From: Polyangiaceae bacterium
Lineage (GTDB): Bacteria; Myxococcota_A; Polyangia; Polyangiales; Polyangiaceae
Direction of reading: 5' to 3'
Assembly: GCA_044376115.1 (NCBI GenBank)
Contig: JBILLK010000001.1
Coordinates: 96,001-160,000 of the forward strand
Length of the DNA: 64,000 bases
A program made the position numbers and the translations under genes. Positions 37,538 through 46,915 of this stretch are shown here, one piece after another (the first letter of the stretch is position 1; every line of letters begins with the position of its first letter). The notes under the pieces were generated by a model. The model was not told the origin of the DNA and searched no databases. It saw only the letters and a program-made list of their open reading frames with translations.

Positions 37538-38164
37538 ATGGCCCGCCCCCCCACCATCCGCGACGAAGACATTCTCGAGGCCGCACGCGCCGTGCTGCTC
37601 GAGCGTGGGCTGTTCGCCACGGCAGCGGAGGTAGCTACTCGCGCAGGGATCAGTGAAGGGTCAATCTTTCACCGCTTCAAGACCAAGGAAGCGCTGTTCG
37701 GCGCTGCCTTCTTGTCGGGCCAGGGAGCGAGTGACCTACCCGAGTGGATCACGAGTCTGTCGCGCCGCGTCGGCAAAAGCACGATCGAGGAGCAACTCGA
37801 GACGATGTGTCATGAGGGCATTGCGTTCTTTCGACTGCTCATCCCGTTCGTCATGCTGACTTGGTCCAAGGGCCCGCAGGACCACGGTCCAGGTGAACCC
37901 CCGCCGATCCGAGCTTTGAAGGGCCTCGCGGCCTACTTCGAGGCCGAGATGAACGCTGGGCGCCTCGCCGTCCGTGATCCTGAGGTCGTCGCAAGGACGT
38001 TCATGGGCGCGCTGTGGAACTTCGTCTCGATGGAACTCATGTTTGAGAGCCGCGAGCGGATGCCCTTGGCACAGGCAACCTTCGTGCGGTCCTTCTGCGC
38101 GCTACTTCTCGACGGGCTTACGCCGAGGCACACCTCGCCGGCTCCAAAGAAAGGCTCCCTCTGA
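37538..38164 (+). CDS. TetR/AcrR family regulator
   Basis: MARPP..ILEAA..G..AT.AEVA.RAGISEGSIF.RF.TKE. Confidence 0.92.
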   Translation: MARPPTIRDEDILEAARAVLLERGLFATAAEVATRAGISEGSIFHRFKTKEALFGAAFLSGQGASDLPEWITSLSRRVGKSTIEEQLETMCHEGIAFFRLLIPFVMLTWSKGPQDHGPGEPPPIRALKGLAAYFEAEMNAGRLAVRDPEVVARTFMGALWNFVSMELMFESRERMPLAQATFVRSFCALLLDGLTPRHTSPAPKKGSL

Positions 38165-38166
38165 CC

Positions 38167-39540
38167 ATGTCACACCAACGATTGAGGTCCCCATCAATGA
38201 GCCTCCGTTTTTTTGGGTCATTTTTGATTCTTCCCTCAATTATTGGGGGCCTCAGCGCAGAGGCGCAGGAGGCTAGCCCTGCGCCTCTACCGGCGGAAAC
38301 TGCTCAAGACGCGGCCCCTCCCTCGATGCCGACGCTGGCCGAGTTCGTTTCTGCTGGAGCAGCTCACGCAGCCGCCAACCTCGAGGCAGAGGCAATCATC
38401 GAGCAGCGGGAACGCGAGCACGAGCAAGCCATCCTTGGACTGTTGCCGGTTCTATCTGCCAATGCGGCCTACACGCGCAACCAAACAGAAGCGTCAGTGT
38501 CGATTCCGGACGCTACCGGCCAGGTAACCTCCATTGTGATTACCCCCCAAAACCAGCTCGACTTCACGGTCCGCCTCGACGCGACCTTGGTCGATGTCAG
38601 TGCGTTTTACGGAATTGGGAGTGCCAGCCTTCGAGTTGAATCGGCGCAACTATCGAAGCAGGCCACGGAGCTGGATATTGAACGTGAGGTCACCCAAGCC
38701 TACTGGCAGCGGGTCGCAGCTGAGGCCGTGGTCCGATCGGCGGAGCGCAGTATCGTCGTGGCGGTAGAGAACCGCCGTGTTGTCGCCGTGCGCAAAGACG
38801 CGGACCTCGCGTCCGAACTTGACCTCGACCGGGCTGATTCGGCAATAGCGCGAGCGAAGCAAACGCTCGCTGAGGCCAGCCTATCCAAGTCGCTTGCCGC
38901 GCGGAAGCTACGCACGTTGACTGGCTTGGCGGCCGATGGCGCCGCTCCGATGTTTGAGGCCAAGCTCGAACCAGCAGCGCCGCTCAAGTCACTGGAGGGC
39001 CGAGCATCGAACACGCCGTCTGTGCTACTAGCCGCCAAGAACGTAGAGAGTGCTGAAACGAGTGAGACGGTCAGCTGGCTTGGCCTCGTCCCCAGAATCA
39101 GCGCTAGCGCACAGGAGCGATTCACCAACGCCGCGGGTTTTGGTCCAAGTCCGGTGTATTCGATTTCGCTTCAGGCCGAATGGCGTTTAGACCCTGCCGT
39201 TATTGGTCGCTCTCGCACCGAGGGCGCCAGCGTGAAGGTCGCGCAGGCAAGTCATGCGCGCGCCGTCTCTGCGGCCAACGCAGCCATCGAAGACGCCTGG
39301 CTCGAGGTCGAGAGTCGGACGGAGGCCGTCAGGTCCGCACGCAGCGAGGCGCTCACCGCCGCGCGCGCGGCAGAGAACGCCAAACTGCTTTACCAAGCCA
39401 ACAAAGCTTCACAGCTCGAGGTCACCACGGCCGACCGCGACGCGCTCGCGGCTGAGGTCAACCGTATTCAGGCCGAAGCGAACCTCGAGCTTTCTCGCGC
39501 ACTGCTGCTCTTGGCGCAGCGGCAAGGAAAGGCTCCGTGA
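38167..39540 (+). CDS. TolC family outer membrane factor
   Basis: Signal peptide; two OEP repeats (V.QAY...A, ASELDL.RA; Y....ASQLEV..A). Confidence 0.88.
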   Translation: MSHQRLRSPSMSLRFFGSFLILPSIIGGLSAEAQEASPAPLPAETAQDAAPPSMPTLAEFVSAGAAHAAANLEAEAIIEQREREHEQAILGLLPVLSANAAYTRNQTEASVSIPDATGQVTSIVITPQNQLDFTVRLDATLVDVSAFYGIGSASLRVESAQLSKQATELDIEREVTQAYWQRVAAEAVVRSAERSIVVAVENRRVVAVRKDADLASELDLDRADSAIARAKQTLAEASLSKSLAARKLRTLTGLAADGAAPMFEAKLEPAAPLKSLEGRASNTPSVLLAAKNVESAETSETVSWLGLVPRISASAQERFTNAAGFGPSPVYSISLQAEWRLDPAVIGRSRTEGASVKVAQASHARAVSAANAAIEDAWLEVESRTEAVRSARSEALTAARAAENAKLLYQANKASQLEVTTADRDALAAEVNRIQAEANLELSRALLLLAQRQGKAP

Positions 39541-40679
39541 AGAACCTAGGCCACTATCGAGTCATGGCATCAGTCGGTTTCCGAATGATGTTTTACGATA
39601 AGGCAAAGCTCGTCGGAACGATCCTCGGCGTCATCTTCGCGGTCGTGCTCGGGGTCCAGCAATTGAGCATTCTGCTCGGGCTTCTGTCGAAGAACACGAT
39701 GTTCATCGACAACTCCGGTGCCGATCTCTGGATTGTCCCGCCGGGCACTTCACAGCTGCAGTCCGGTAGCCTTATGTCGGATAGCGTACTCGCAAGAGCA
39801 CGCACGACCGAGGGCGTAGCGATCGCCGAACCACTGCTGTACAGAAGCGCGACCCTCAAGAAGCCCTCGGGCGGAGTTGAGCCAGTTACGTTAGTAGGGA
39901 CGAATTTTCCCTCGAGACTCGGCGGGCCCTGGAACGTGGTATCGGGCCAGCCGGAGGCTTTGACTGAACCTGACACTGTGATTCTCGAGGATTCCGAGCG
40001 CGAAAAATACGGGGGTATCGATCTTGGTTCGGTACGTGAATTAAACGGTAGACGAGTTCGCGTCGGAGGCTTTACCTGGGGGCTATTGCCCTTCGGTCCG
40101 GCGTACGCCTTCGCTGAGCTGGGGCACGCGCGGGATATAACCTCAACAGCTACCGACCAGATGAGCTTCGTCCTCGTGAAGGTGCGACCTGGGGAAGACA
40201 TCGAGGTAGTCCGTGAGCAGCTCGCGAAGAAGATTCCGGAGCAGCTGGTGCTTACGCGCACGGGGTTCTCGCGAACCGTCGTTACCACGCTGCTGCGGGA
40301 ACAACTTGGCGCCTCCTTCGCAACGTCCACCGCCTTCGGCTTGATTATCGGGTTTGTAATTGTCGCCCTATCGATGTTCTCGAGCGTTCTAGATAATCTG
40401 CGTGAGTTCGGAACGCTCAAGGCGATTGGCTGTACCAACTTCGACCTGGCGCTATTGCTCTTTTGCCAAGCAACGCTGTACGGGCTAATTGGCTCACTCC
40501 TCGGCTTGGGCCTGGTCGCTCGTATGGCAGAAGGCATTCGCGGACCGAAGCTGGTCCCGATTGTGCCGGAGGTGTTTTACGCCGTCGTCCCGCTCATCAT
40601 GGTGATGGTCTGCTTAGTCGCTTCGCTCCTCGCCTTGGGGCGCATCCGAAAGCTCGAACCAGGGATGGTTTTCCGATGA
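39537..40679 (+). CDS. ABC exporter permease (FtsX/DevC-like)
   Basis: ADLWI, REFGTLKAIG, LEPGMVFR; four TMs. Confidence 0.88.
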   Translation: MKNLGHYRVMASVGFRMMFYDKAKLVGTILGVIFAVVLGVQQLSILLGLLSKNTMFIDNSGADLWIVPPGTSQLQSGSLMSDSVLARARTTEGVAIAEPLLYRSATLKKPSGGVEPVTLVGTNFPSRLGGPWNVVSGQPEALTEPDTVILEDSEREKYGGIDLGSVRELNGRRVRVGGFTWGLLPFGPAYAFAELGHARDITSTATDQMSFVLVKVRPGEDIEVVREQLAKKIPEQLVLTRTGFSRTVVTTLLREQLGASFATSTAFGLIIGFVIVALSMFSSVLDNLREFGTLKAIGCTNFDLALLLFCQATLYGLIGSLLGLGLVARMAEGIRGPKLVPIVPEVFYAVVPLIMVMVCLVASLLALGRIRKLEPGMVFR

Positions 40680-41368
40680 CTGTCAACGTACGCGCACGCA
40701 ACATCCGTAAGGTCTATGGCGAGGGAGACGTCGCTTATCACGCGCTTCGTGGCGTCGATCTCGACGTTGCAGCGGGCGAGTTCATGATGCTCGCAGGACC
40801 GTCTGGGAGTGGCAAAACCACCCTTTTGTCGATCCTGGGCTGCGTGCTCTCGGCGACGAGCGGTTCACTCGAGCTATTTGGGGAAGACATTAGCAAGCTG
40901 CCAGCGCGCAAACTTCCGCAGATTCGGCTTTCGCGGATCGGCTTTATCTTTCAAGGCCACAACCTGATCGCGTCGCTACCCGCTCGCGACAACGTCGCTT
41001 TGGTGATGCGTCTCCAGGGAGCTAGTTCGTCGGTCGCCCTGAAGCGAGCTGATGCAATGCTCGACCGGGTGGGATTGGGCGATAAGCGGCATAGCTCGCC
41101 CAATCAACTATCGGGCGGTCAGCGTCAGAGGGTCGCTATTGCACGGGCTCTCGCAGCCTCACCACCGCTCATCCTGGCCGACGAGCCCACAGCTGCGTTG
41201 GATGCGCAGAGCGGACTACTGGTGACCGAGCTACTCAAAGACCTAAGTCGTGAGAGTGGCCATACCGTCGTCGTCGTTACGCACGACAGTCGAATCTTTC
41301 ATCTAGCTGACCGCATGGTTCATATCGAGGACGGCCAAATTCAGCGTTCGGGAGTAGAGGCAGCATGA
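40676..41368 (+). CDS. ABC exporter ATPase (DevA/LolD-like)
   Basis: GPSGSGKTT, LSGGQRQR, ADEPTAALD, VTHD; ATGA overlap. Confidence 0.92.
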   Translation: MTVNVRARNIRKVYGEGDVAYHALRGVDLDVAAGEFMMLAGPSGSGKTTLLSILGCVLSATSGSLELFGEDISKLPARKLPQIRLSRIGFIFQGHNLIASLPARDNVALVMRLQGASSSVALKRADAMLDRVGLGDKRHSSPNQLSGGQRQRVAIARALAASPPLILADEPTAALDAQSGLLVTELLKDLSRESGHTVVVVTHDSRIFHLADRMVHIEDGQIQRSGVEAA

Positions 41369-42456
41369 GATTTCCTAAAGTTCGTTGGGGTGCATGGCTT
41401 GCGGTCGCCATTCTTGGGCTCTCTGCCGTAAGCGTTGGCAAGGCGTTGGCTGGAGCGGATCCGACGATCCCGCGCGCCGCGGACGCACAGACTTCCAAGC
41501 GATCGCTCGCTACCGATGACGAGAAGCTGTTCGTTCCCGAAGGCAGCTGGGCATCGGGCCAAGGCGTCGTGGAGCCGAAGGACCGCGAAACCAAGGTCGC
41601 AGGAGCCGTCTCTGGTCGCATTTCGAGTGTGCTCGTGGTCGAGGGGCAACGCGTGGCAAAAGGCGACGTCCTGATCGAGCTCGACGCAGTGGTTGAGCGC
41701 GCGAGCATCGCGATCGCAGAGGCGGACGTTGCTCGCGACGAAGCTGATTCATCGCGCGTTGCGGCTGGCGAGCGCTGGGAGGACCGCACCGCCGCAGACG
41801 AGGAGGCGAAGGCCGCTGCCGCGCGCGCGGCTCAGTCCGCAGGCGTGCTTGAGAGGACCAGGAAGGCGCACGCAGGAGGCGCCGCGAGCGGCGACGAGCT
41901 TGACCGCGCGGAGAAGCAAGCCTCGCAAGACAGTGCCACCGCAGCGGCTGCCGAAGCTCGTCGGCGGGCGGCCTTCGCGGGCTCACGATTGGAAGACAAG
42001 AGCGCCGCACAAGCTCGGCTCGCCGGGTCTCGCGCCCGCCTCCAAGAGGCGCAGGCTAGGCTCGAGCAGCGCATCATTCGCGCACCCATCGATGGCGAGG
42101 TGTTGTCCGTCAAAGTACGCGCAGGCGAGTTCTACCAACCCAGCTCGGACGCGAGCGTTGTAATGGGCGAGACGAAGTCACTTCGAGTTCGCATCGATAT
42201 TGACGAACGCGACGTGACCAAGCTTCGCCTAGGCGCACGCGTGGTGGCTCGCGTAACGGCGAACCCGGGTCACGACTACCCGGCCAAGGTGGTGGAGCTC
42301 GGTCGTCGCATGGGCCGAAAGAACGTACGCAGCGATGATCCGGTTGAACGGAACGACGCCAAGATTCTCGAAGTCGTAGCCGAACTCGACGAGAGCGCAG
42401 GCCTCGTAGTCGGGCAACGCGTCGTTGGGTTCGTCTCTACCGAACAGAGCGAATGA
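41365..42456 (+). CDS. HlyD/DevB-like membrane fusion protein
   Basis: G.VEP, V.EGQRV.KGD.L, helical hairpin, IRAPIDG.V, IDE.D. Confidence 0.9.
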   Translation: MRFPKVRWGAWLAVAILGLSAVSVGKALAGADPTIPRAADAQTSKRSLATDDEKLFVPEGSWASGQGVVEPKDRETKVAGAVSGRISSVLVVEGQRVAKGDVLIELDAVVERASIAIAEADVARDEADSSRVAAGERWEDRTAADEEAKAAAARAAQSAGVLERTRKAHAGGAASGDELDRAEKQASQDSATAAAAEARRRAAFAGSRLEDKSAAQARLAGSRARLQEAQARLEQRIIRAPIDGEVLSVKVRAGEFYQPSSDASVVMGETKSLRVRIDIDERDVTKLRLGARVVARVTANPGHDYPAKVVELGRRMGRKNVRSDDPVERNDAKILEVVAELDESAGLVVGQRVVGFVSTEQSE

Positions 42457-42457
42457 G

Positions 42458-43408
42458 CTACTTGATCTGAATCTTGATGGTGACTGGGGAGCCGCCGCGA
42501 TTCATCGTTATGTCGAGCTTTCCAGCCTTTCGAAGCTTGGCGTATGCGTCCACGGCCTTCTCGGGATCGGACATATCAAAGCCATTGATGTCCGAGAGTA
42601 GGTCGCCGTTCTGCATGCCTATCTCGGAGAGCACAGAATCCGGCTTGATGCCGCTCAGGCGCATACCCTCTTTGGTACCGCGAGCCCGAATCGACCCTGC
42701 GAGCTTTGCGTAGTGCTGCATGATGATCTCGACGCCGCTCTTATCGACTTCAAACTGATTCTCGCCAATCTTCGTAATCTTCGACTTGACCTCGGCCTCG
42801 AGCTTCGCCTTCTTGCTGCTCTTCGAGCTTGGTTTGTCTGCTGCAGGTTTGGGTTTGGCAGCAGGTTCCGGTGCGCCCTCGGCCACGATGCAGCGTGATC
42901 CGCCTTCGGAGAGCCAGACGCGCGGCATGGAACCGAGGTTCGGCGATTCGTAGTAACCAATGTGAGTTACCGTTTGAGTGCCTACTTTGTCACCGATTCT
43001 CCGCATGTGTTCGCCGTCGCCAGAGCTCAGCGCGGCGAAGGACCACGCCGGATCGTCCGTGGCGGTGATCAGAGAAGCTCGCACTCCCGAACAAGGGCTG
43101 TCCTCATAGGGGTCACCACTGGCGGACACCGTCTTGGGCGTTTCCTCATCGGGCTTTGGCGCCGTCGGCAACTTGTTCAACGGCCCCGTCACGGAGTCGA
43201 AGGGATTGCGCGCAAGGATCTCCGAACCACTCTTCGATCGAGTTGTTTCGGGCTGGGAACGACTCGCCGGAAGGGCGGCTGGCTCACGCGGTACGAGGTG
43301 ACCTGCAACGAGCTGACCGATGCCCCGCGCTTGGAAAAAGGACGCGACGAGGATGGCTCCTCCCAGAAGCGGGATCTGAAATGTACGAAGCGTCGAGTCG
43401 AGACTCAT
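42458..43408 (-). CDS. gspC: Type II secretion GspC-like protein with PDZ domain (orphan)
   Basis: N-terminal TM; ILARNPFDS; PC; WSFA; GM..GD.L..INGF.M.DPEKA..AY. Confidence 0.8.
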   Translation of the reverse strand: MSLDSTLRTFQIPLLGGAILVASFFQARGIGQLVAGHLVPREPAALPASRSQPETTRSKSGSEILARNPFDSVTGPLNKLPTAPKPDEETPKTVSASGDPYEDSPCSGVRASLITATDDPAWSFAALSSGDGEHMRRIGDKVGTQTVTHIGYYESPNLGSMPRVWLSEGGSRCIVAEGAPEPAAKPKPAADKPSSKSSKKAKLEAEVKSKITKIGENQFEVDKSGVEIIMQHYAKLAGSIRARGTKEGMRLSGIKPDSVLSEIGMQNGDLLSDINGFDMSDPEKAVDAYAKLRKAGKLDITMNRGGSPVTIKIQIK

Positions 43409-43431
43409 AGCGTGTTCTTTTGAAGCATGTT

Positions 43432-43447
43432 TGCAAAGCAGATGCCA
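43432..43447 (-). promoter_or_regulatory. Sigma54 (-24/-12) promoter for gspC
   Basis: TGGCATCTGCTTTGCA on the minus strand, exact GG-N10-GC spacing, 23 nt upstream of ATG. Confidence 0.6.
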
Positions 43448-43553
43448 GCAGTTCGCTTGGAGAACGTTGCTACATTCAGGGCATCACGGCGGTTGGTTCG
43501 TCAGGTTGTCACGACCCCGTTCTGAGGGAGCCGAGGGTGTGACAAATTGGCGC

Positions 43554-44213
43554 TCAGTTCAATACGCCGTTCGACATACCCAACGACATCTGCTGCAAAG
43601 CGATGAACTCAGTCAAAAGCTCGGCTCGCTCGCTCAACCGGGCCGTTTCGAGAATTTTCTGGCGGTCTCGGCCTTCAATCAGCAGTTGTTGAGCGCAGTG
43701 GTTGATAACAACCTCCTCACTGACCCCACGCGGAACTCGGAACTCGAAGCTCGGATCGCGTCGTTGGACGTTCGCCACAAAGGACGAGACCGCGGCTAAC
43801 AGGGCCGGGATCATGTGGGGAGCCAAGTCGTCTTCGACAGACGGGAGCACGCGACACTTGGCCCTCCTATAGGGCGAGACAAACGGCAGCTCTTGGAGCT
43901 CCACCCGAGCCCTCCCTCTGAGCACGATATTGAGACGACCGTTCGGCAGCTCAGTCGAATCAACGATAGAACCGACGCCCGCAATCGCGGCTATCCGTGG
44001 ATGCCCGTCACTGTCCACGGGCGCCCCCTCCAGGATCTGCACCACCACGATGCAGTTGTGAGACGCCAGAACATCCCGAACCATCTTGCGGTATCGAGGC
44101 TCGAAGACGTGAAGGGGAAGCAGCACTCCTGGCAGAAGGATGACCTCCGGCAACGGAAAGAGTGGCAAGCACGAAAGCGCGTCCTCGAACTCGTCACGCC
44201 TCCCAAGAGCCAC
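43554..44213 (-). CDS. LON peptidase substrate-binding (Lon N-terminal) domain protein
   Basis: LPLFPL..V.LLPG..LPLHVFEPRYR.M; no AAA or protease domain; GTG start just after upstream stop. Confidence 0.9.
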   Translation of the reverse strand: MALGRRDEFEDALSCLPLFPLPEVILLPGVLLPLHVFEPRYRKMVRDVLASHNCIVVVQILEGAPVDSDGHPRIAAIAGVGSIVDSTELPNGRLNIVLRGRARVELQELPFVSPYRRAKCRVLPSVEDDLAPHMIPALLAAVSSFVANVQRRDPSFEFRVPRGVSEEVVINHCAQQLLIEGRDRQKILETARLSERAELLTEFIALQQMSLGMSNGVLN

Positions 44214-44214
44214 G

Positions 44215-44853
44215 TTAACGGACCTTCTTGGCGGCGTTTGCGATCGCCTCGTCCAAGATGGTTGGATCGTAGCCAACCAAGATCCGCCCTGAAACGTCGA
44301 AGGTCGGAACTGTGCCAGCTGGGTTTTCAGCCTTCAAGAGCACAGCATCGGTCGGACTGGCCTCCACGTTCAACTCCTGGAGCCGGTAACCACGAGCCTT
44401 CATGAAGGTCCTCGCCGAATTGCAAAGCGAGCACTTCGGCGTCATGAACATCGTGACGGGTACCTTACGTTTTTGAGCCTCAATCACAGTGTCGTCGTCG
44501 ACGACCTCAGCAATGGGGATGGAGGGCTGGGGCTGGGGCTGGGGCTGCGGCAGTTCTTCACGCACTGTGGTCGGCCGAGCTGCCTGTTCAAGCTCAGCCG
44601 CTTCAGATGCTTGAGGCGGGGGCGCCGCGACAACTACGTCCTCTTTCACCGGCTCTCGCCTGTTCACGTTCCGTGAAAGCCAGACACCAAAACTGATGAC
44701 CAAGGCAACGGCTGTAACGGCTAGAACAGCCACAATCGGCCAATCAGAGCTGGTTTTCGGCGGCTCGAGTACTGCGTCGCCACGACGACAAATAACGCAC
44801 TTAGCGTCATCGCCCAGCACCAGACCGTGCACGCCACATCGGCGCACTTCCAT
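44215..44853 (-). CDS. Membrane-anchored glutaredoxin/NrdH-like protein with N-terminal CxxH-CxxC finger
   Basis: CGVH..CVIC; one TM; Pro/Gln linker; TPKCSLC, TVPTF, GYD. Confidence 0.8.
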   Translation of the reverse strand: MEVRRCGVHGLVLGDDAKCVICRRGDAVLEPPKTSSDWPIVAVLAVTAVALVISFGVWLSRNVNRREPVKEDVVVAAPPPQASEAAELEQAARPTTVREELPQPQPQPQPSIPIAEVVDDDTVIEAQKRKVPVTMFMTPKCSLCNSARTFMKARGYRLQELNVEASPTDAVLLKAENPAGTVPTFDVSGRILVGYDPTILDEAIANAAKKVR

Positions 44854-44973
44854 CGGCCGAAGGTACCCGACTCGCGTCCCGTTGGCGAATTTCCCACGCA
44901 ACAGCCGCTCGAAATCAGCCAGGGCGAACATGGTTCGTGCCCAGCGGAACAACGTGATAATTTGTCCGTCGCC

Positions 44974-45543
44974 ATGAAACCCTCCCACCGAGCGCTGCCG
45001 CAGAATGAAAGCTCACTCCCTTCCGGAGAATCCAAGGAGAGCACCTATACGACCGGTGAAATGGCTCGGCTCTCAAGCAACACGCTGCGAACCGTTCGTT
45101 TTTATGAAGAGGCGGGGATCCTGACGCCGATCGGCCGGACCGAAGGCGGACACCGGGTGTTCAAGAAGTCTGAACTCGATCGGCTCAAGCTGGTGAGCGA
45201 CATGCGAGAAGCTGGGCTCTCGCTAGACGATATCCGTGAGATTCTTGCAGCCAAACGGCTAGCAACATCGGCGGACGTCGCAGCAGACAAGGCAACGGAC
45301 CTGCTAAACAAGTGCGTTGCGCGGCTGCGCGCCAAGGTGGAGATTCTCTCGCGACTTGCTAGGGATCTCGAAGAAACGGTGGAATGCGCTAGCCACTGCC
45401 GCAGCTGCAAAGCTCCGCAACTTTTCCCGGATGGGTGCAGCCAGTGTGAGACCCTCGCCCATCCGCTCCCGCGCGGGATGCGAGTGCTTTGGGACGTCAA
45501 GGGCGCACCAGAGCCGGCCAAAGCGACGGTTCCTGAAGAATGA
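44974..45543 (+). CDS. MerR family regulator with Cys-rich C-terminus
   Basis: YTTGEMA....T.RTVRFYEE.G, RT.GGHR, GLSL.DI; CASHCRSC..CSQC. Confidence 0.88.
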   Translation: MKPSHRALPQNESSLPSGESKESTYTTGEMARLSSNTLRTVRFYEEAGILTPIGRTEGGHRVFKKSELDRLKLVSDMREAGLSLDDIREILAAKRLATSADVAADKATDLLNKCVARLRAKVEILSRLARDLEETVECASHCRSCKAPQLFPDGCSQCETLAHPLPRGMRVLWDVKGAPEPAKATVPEE

Positions 45544-46115
45544 AGGACGAGACCGGCCAAGCCAGAGCGGCGAGGGCAATCGAAGAGTTCCTGAGTGCAC
45601 TCGGCCTTGAATTGGAGGGTGAACTCGTAGGGACAGGAGAGCGAGTCGCAACTGCCTGGGCCACGGAGTTCCTTGCCGGAGTAGGCGCCGATCCAGCGCG
45701 TGTGTTGATGGACGGAGCGCTCGAGGTGAAGGCCGGGGCCGGACCCGTCGTTCTACACGGTCTCGAAGTAGCGACGATGTGCCCTCACCACTTGCTTCCT
45801 AGCCATGGCACAGCCTCAGTTGGGTTCTTTCCGCGATCGCGGCTCGTCGGATTAGGGGCCATCCAACAGGCGGTCGACCTATGCGCGCGAAGGTTGATTC
45901 TCCAAGAGTCGTTGGGGGAGTTAATCGCGGATACGCTACTAAGCGGGCTCGATGCGACCGGAACATTCTGCCGACTCGCGTTGACGCACACATGCTTCTC
46001 GACCCGTGGCGAGCGGCAAGCCCACGCAGTGATCGAAACGATCGCCTTCCGCGGGACTTGCGAGAATCGAGACCGTGATCTCGCGACGCGGCTAGCGTTT
46101 GGAGCACGCGCTTGA
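45540..46115 (+). CDS. folE: GTP cyclohydrolase I
   Basis: T.ERVA.AW, MCPHHLLP, GL, RRL.LQE, HTC...RG. Confidence 0.85.
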   Translation: MKDETGQARAARAIEEFLSALGLELEGELVGTGERVATAWATEFLAGVGADPARVLMDGALEVKAGAGPVVLHGLEVATMCPHHLLPSHGTASVGFFPRSRLVGLGAIQQAVDLCARRLILQESLGELIADTLLSGLDATGTFCRLALTHTCFSTRGERQAHAVIETIAFRGTCENRDRDLATRLAFGARA

Positions 46116-46792
46116 AGCCGGTTGCACTCGTCACCGGAGCCTCGCGTGGCATCGGCTTGGAGACGAGTCGGCTGCTCGCGAAACAGGGGTTCCACGTAAT
46201 CATGACGGCCCGTGGAGCAGAGGTCTTCGAAGCGGCTCGAGAGGTTCAGTCATCGGGCGCTGCCGTAGGGGTCCAAGCCGATGTCAGCCAGTTGGACGAT
46301 GTTTCGCGACTACGCGGCATGGTCGAGGAAGACTTCGATGCCCTGGACGTCCTCATCAACAACGCTGGGATCGTGCGCCGCGGCTCCGCAGTCGAGGATA
46401 CAGCCGTCGCTGATTGGAAAGCCGTTCTGGACGTCAACCTAACCGGAGCCTTCCTCACCACTCGCGCGTTTGTTGGTGCGATGAAGCGGAGACAACGCGG
46501 CCGCGTAGTTTTCGTCGCCAGCATCTCCGCAACGATTGGGTGCGCCGAGAATGCTTCCTATGCGGCCTCCAAGTGGGGAATGGTTGGCCTGATGAAGAGC
46601 GTCGCGGAGGAAACGCGCAACTCAGGGATTGTCGTAACGGGCATTCTACCTGGCTCCGTTGATACCGAGATGTTGAAGGGCAGTGGCTTTGCTGCGCAAA
46701 TGAGCCCCGCAGATGTCGCCCGTGAGATCGTGCACCTCGCCACGACTGCCGCGCCTGCGCTCCATGGCAGCGCAGTCGAGATGTTTGGCTGA
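46112..46792 (+). CDS. Short-chain dehydrogenase/reductase
   Basis: TGASRGIG, NNAG, S...YAASK, PG.VDT. Confidence 0.92.
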   Translation: MKPVALVTGASRGIGLETSRLLAKQGFHVIMTARGAEVFEAAREVQSSGAAVGVQADVSQLDDVSRLRGMVEEDFDALDVLINNAGIVRRGSAVEDTAVADWKAVLDVNLTGAFLTTRAFVGAMKRRQRGRVVFVASISATIGCAENASYAASKWGMVGLMKSVAEETRNSGIVVTGILPGSVDTEMLKGSGFAAQMSPADVAREIVHLATTAAPALHGSAVEMFG

Positions 46793-46887
46793 GCCGCGCG
46801 CCTCCGCGTCCGCACTGCGGCAAAAGCTCCGCAGGGGTCCCACACAGCTTTATTGCAAGTATTGGCTAGTTCTCGCTGCGTAAGGCG

Positions 46888-46903
46888 TGGCACCGACTGT
46901 GCA
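46888..46903 (+). promoter_or_regulatory. Possible sigma54 promoter
   Basis: TGGCACCGACTGTGCA (GG-N10-GC), 12 nt before ATG 46916. Confidence 0.4.
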
Positions 46904-46915
46904 ACGTGCGGATCC

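Noticed and set aside
43431..43799. 122 aa plus-strand ORF in the gspC upstream region
   Set aside because: Overlaps the Lon N-domain gene antisense and the gspC promoter; no motif.
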